From: Porphyridium purpureum
Lineage: Eukaryota
Direction: 5' to 3'
Length of the DNA: 64,000 nucleotides
Assembly: GCA_008690995.1 (NCBI GenBank)
Contig: VRMN01000004.1
Location: forward strand, 930,001-994,000
Positions 61,216 through 64,000 of the stretch are shown piece after piece; the stretch's first letter is position 1; every line of letters begins with the position of its first letter. Under the pieces are notes generated by a model. That model ran no database searches. It was not told the DNA's origin and saw nothing but the letters and a program-made list of their open reading frames with translations. Position numbers and translations under genes: made by a program.

Positions 61216-62355
61216 TCACATACCAAGAACTTGCTTGATCGAGTCGAACATGCGGTACTTGTTTGGCAAGTAATACGCTTCATGCACCAGAGGGAATGGC
61301 GTATCCCAGCCGGTCACCCTGGCAACGGGCGCTTCGAGAGAGTAAAAGCAGTGCTCCTGGATACTTGCCACGATCTCGGCTCCAAACCCGCTGGTGCGCG
61401 GCGCTTCGTGGGATACAATGGCACGTCCGGTCTTGCGCACCGAATTCATGACTAGGTCGCGGTCCCACGGAAGCAGGCTCATGAGATCAATGACCTCGCA
61501 CGACGCCTGCAACTCCTGTTCTGCCATTTCTGCGACAGCGAGACACACATTGACCTGGTTTCCCCACGCGACGAGCGTGAGATCGTCGCCGGAACGCACA
61601 ATCTGCCCTACGCCGAGCGGGATTTCATAGTCTCGCACCGGCACGTCCGCTATGCTTGTGCGATACAGTGCCTTTGGCTCGAAAAAAACGACGGGGTCTT
61701 TGCAGCGTACCGCGCTGCGGAGCAAGCCCTTTGCCGAAATCGGGTCGCGCACCATCACCACTTTCAGGCCAGGGGTGTGGGTAAAGTACGCTTCGGGAGA
61801 TTGTGAGTGGTAGTGGCCACCGTGCCCTACTGCGCCGCACGGTGCGCGGACAACCAGCCCGCCGCAGTCGTATTGCCCGCCGCTGCGATAGCGAAACTTG
61901 GCCGCCTCGTTCGTGAGCTGATCAAACGCTGGATAAATATAGTCGGCGAATTGTATTTCGGCAATCGCTGTGCACCCAGAAGATGCATATCCAACTGCCA
62001 TGCCGCAGATTCCCTGCTCGCTCAGGGGCGTGTTAAACACCCGGTCTGCGCCAAACTTTTCGCGCAAGCCAGTCGTACACCTGAACACGCCACCAAACGC
62101 AACGTCCTCTCCGAAAATGATCGCAGACGGGTCTGTCTCGAGCGACAAACGCAGCGCGTCGTTAATGGCCTGAAACAAGTTCATCGACTTTGTGCCTTGC
62201 TCTCCGGGCTCCACTGCCAGGAGCGGAGGCTGCTGCAGCCCAGTGGCACATCCGCGGCTCCAGTCACGCGCTTGCCGCGCGCGCGGCGTCTGCAGCTGTG
62301 CGGCAAGCTTGCATAAGCGGCGTACACCCAGCGCCTGCATTGCGTCTGGCGTCAT
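61216..62355 (-). CDS. BCKDHB: Branched-chain alpha-keto acid dehydrogenase E1 beta
   Basis: [45 protein letters not shown]. Confidence 0.95.
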   Translation of the reverse strand: MTPDAMQALGVRRLCKLAAQLQTPRARQARDWSRGCATGLQQPPLLAVEPGEQGTKSMNLFQAINDALRLSLETDPSAIIFGEDVAFGGVFRCTTGLREKFGADRVFNTPLSEQGICGMAVGYASSGCTAIAEIQFADYIYPAFDQLTNEAAKFRYRSGGQYDCGGLVVRAPCGAVGHGGHYHSQSPEAYFTHTPGLKVVMVRDPISAKGLLRSAVRCKDPVVFFEPKALYRTSIADVPVRDYEIPLGVGQIVRSGDDLTLVAWGNQVNVCLAVAEMAEQELQASCEVIDLMSLLPWDRDLVMNSVRKTGRAIVSHEAPRTSGFGAEIVASIQEHCFYSLEAPVARVTGWDTPFPLVHEAYYLPNKYRMFDSIKQVLGM

Positions 62356-62541
62356 GTCACCGAACGTCTCATTCGACCTTTCAGTCACCCGGTCACATAT
62401 CTCCACTCTTACGCTCCGTTTCGCGACATGAAACCAGGACCGCCTTCCACGCCCAAGGACACTGTACCTGGAGCTGTCCCTCCTGGGTGCGTGAAAGGCA
62501 GTGTACCTTATCCGGTGTGACGGTACACTGCAGCGCAGCGG

Positions 62542-63918
62542 CTAGTGGCTCTGCGCGTGCCGGGGAGTGGCGTATTCGGGCATGGAGCGGAAGTCGCATG
62601 CGTACGTGTTCCGCACGCGCTCCATGATCTGCGGCGAGTAGTACTTGTTGATCTTCTTGCTTGCCTCGTTCGCCAAAAACTTGATGTCCTTCTGACTGGG
62701 AAAGCGCTCCAGCACTCTGCCCACAGCCTGCAGCACGAGCTCCGCATCGGCGCTCATGTTCTCGAAACGGCCCACAAAATCGTACGGAAACACGTCCAGC
62801 GAGCAAAGAAACGACTGCAGCGCCCAGTGCTCGTTCATCTGCCAGGGGCTCTGAAGCGAGATCGCATTCACGAACTCTTGGAAGCTGGGCTTGCGCTCGC
62901 TCTTGTAATCTCGCTGTGTCAGGAAGCGCCAGCCGTACAGCTGGCCTAGATACGTCGCGTACTCCTCCGACTTTGGGTCTTTGTTCACAATTTTGTTCAG
63001 GTAGCACGAGAGGACGCGGTCCAGTGGATTGCGCACGAACACAAACTTCAAAAATGTGGGGTCCTTCATCAAAGCTTCAACCTCCTCCACCGAGTACGAT
63101 GACAGAAAACGCAGCCCGGAACGCGCGCGCGAGTGTGCAGTCAACAGATCGGCATAGTCTTCGAATCCTTCAAACTTTCGAATCAGCATCTTGAAGTTTG
63201 AATTGGCCACTTTGGGAACTGGGCAGTAAATCAGTCTGCTTTTCTCAGAAACGATAATGCGATTCGCCGCAGCACTGGCCCTCAGCTCGCGTGCGGATAC
63301 CTTGCGCCCAGGGTATCTCGAGCGCCCGCGCATGTTTTCGTACGCCGTCAACACGCTCTGATGCAAGACATCCTTTGACACAGACGCTGGCAGCTGTACG
63401 AGGTGTTCAACGTCTGGGTGGTCCAGCAGTGCCTGTGCCGAGAACGAGGTGTACCCCGCTGCGCCCGCTGGCAGTGCAAATGCGCGGACACCATGGACGC
63501 TCGAGCCAGCTCCAGCGCCGCTGACATCCTGTCTCGAGTTCTCAGAACCGTTCAGCTCTTCCCGAAGCACGTCAAACGCGCTCTTTGGGACTGCGCGCGA
63601 GGCGCGTTCTCTCCGCGAAACTGCATGCACGAGCTTCGCTTCGGCAATGTGCACTTTTCTCTTCACGCGCTCGCTCATGCCTCGCACACCGCCGACGCCG
63701 CCATCCTGAAGGTCAAAAGAACCATCGGCATCATCATATCTGCTGGAATCCTGGTCGCGAGCCAGCACATATACCACCACAAACAGAACAACTGCCGTTG
63801 CGACCAACGCCGGCAGCGACGGCGCGAACCCTGTTGCCGAGCTTGAGCTCCCACTTCCTCCTGCAGCTCCTGCTCCACCAAACATCGGCGCTCCAGCGCC
63901 TCTCGCTTGATTCTTCAT
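62542..63918 (-). CDS. Golgi type II carbohydrate sulfotransferase (CHST family)
   Basis: TM anchor, 5'PSB YCPVPKVANS, 3'PB FVRNPLDRVLSCY, NEHW, YDFVGRFE. Confidence 0.9.
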   Translation of the reverse strand: MKNQARGAGAPMFGGAGAAGGSGSSSSATGFAPSLPALVATAVVLFVVVYVLARDQDSSRYDDADGSFDLQDGGVGGVRGMSERVKRKVHIAEAKLVHAVSRRERASRAVPKSAFDVLREELNGSENSRQDVSGAGAGSSVHGVRAFALPAGAAGYTSFSAQALLDHPDVEHLVQLPASVSKDVLHQSVLTAYENMRGRSRYPGRKVSARELRASAAANRIIVSEKSRLIYCPVPKVANSNFKMLIRKFEGFEDYADLLTAHSRARSGLRFLSSYSVEEVEALMKDPTFLKFVFVRNPLDRVLSCYLNKIVNKDPKSEEYATYLGQLYGWRFLTQRDYKSERKPSFQEFVNAISLQSPWQMNEHWALQSFLCSLDVFPYDFVGRFENMSADAELVLQAVGRVLERFPSQKDIKFLANEASKKINKYYSPQIMERVRNTYACDFRSMPEYATPRHAQSH

Positions 63919-64000
63919 CGCCTCCACGTCCTCCTCCCCATGCACACGATTTATTCTCACCTTGATCGGCTGGTGCACTTGCGTAGCTACGCTGAACGAC

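Overview
Gene-dense, GC-rich, almost intron-free eukaryotic nuclear DNA with about 37 protein genes. The few short GT-AG introns carry CTGAC branch points, and several genes have 'MxF'-type transit-peptide-like leaders. This style suggests a unicellular red alga such as Porphyridium (inference only). Most genes are housekeeping: group XII PLA2, F-box/LRR, Yip1, AKR, a PfCRT-like transporter, TEX10, SAL1-type nucleotidase, P450, patatin, RFWD3, tafazzin, TRM7, RoxA, M13 peptidase, WDR18, xylulokinase, PSTK, RimO, exportin-T, ERCC6L2, DOLPP1, YHM2, BCKDHB and a sulfotransferase. The standout is a circularly permuted tRNA-Cys(GCA) gene at 34909-34984, with the 3' half encoded before the 5' half, a TATA-like box upstream and a T-tract downstream. 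Other points of interest: an unassigned ~400-nt structured RNA candidate (32241-32638), an exonuclease + Ycf45-AAA fusion with both active sites apparently degenerate, a 58-aa ORF ending one codon before TRM7, divergent ATGs 8 bp apart, and several pseudogenes. All protein calls come from motif recognition, not database searches.
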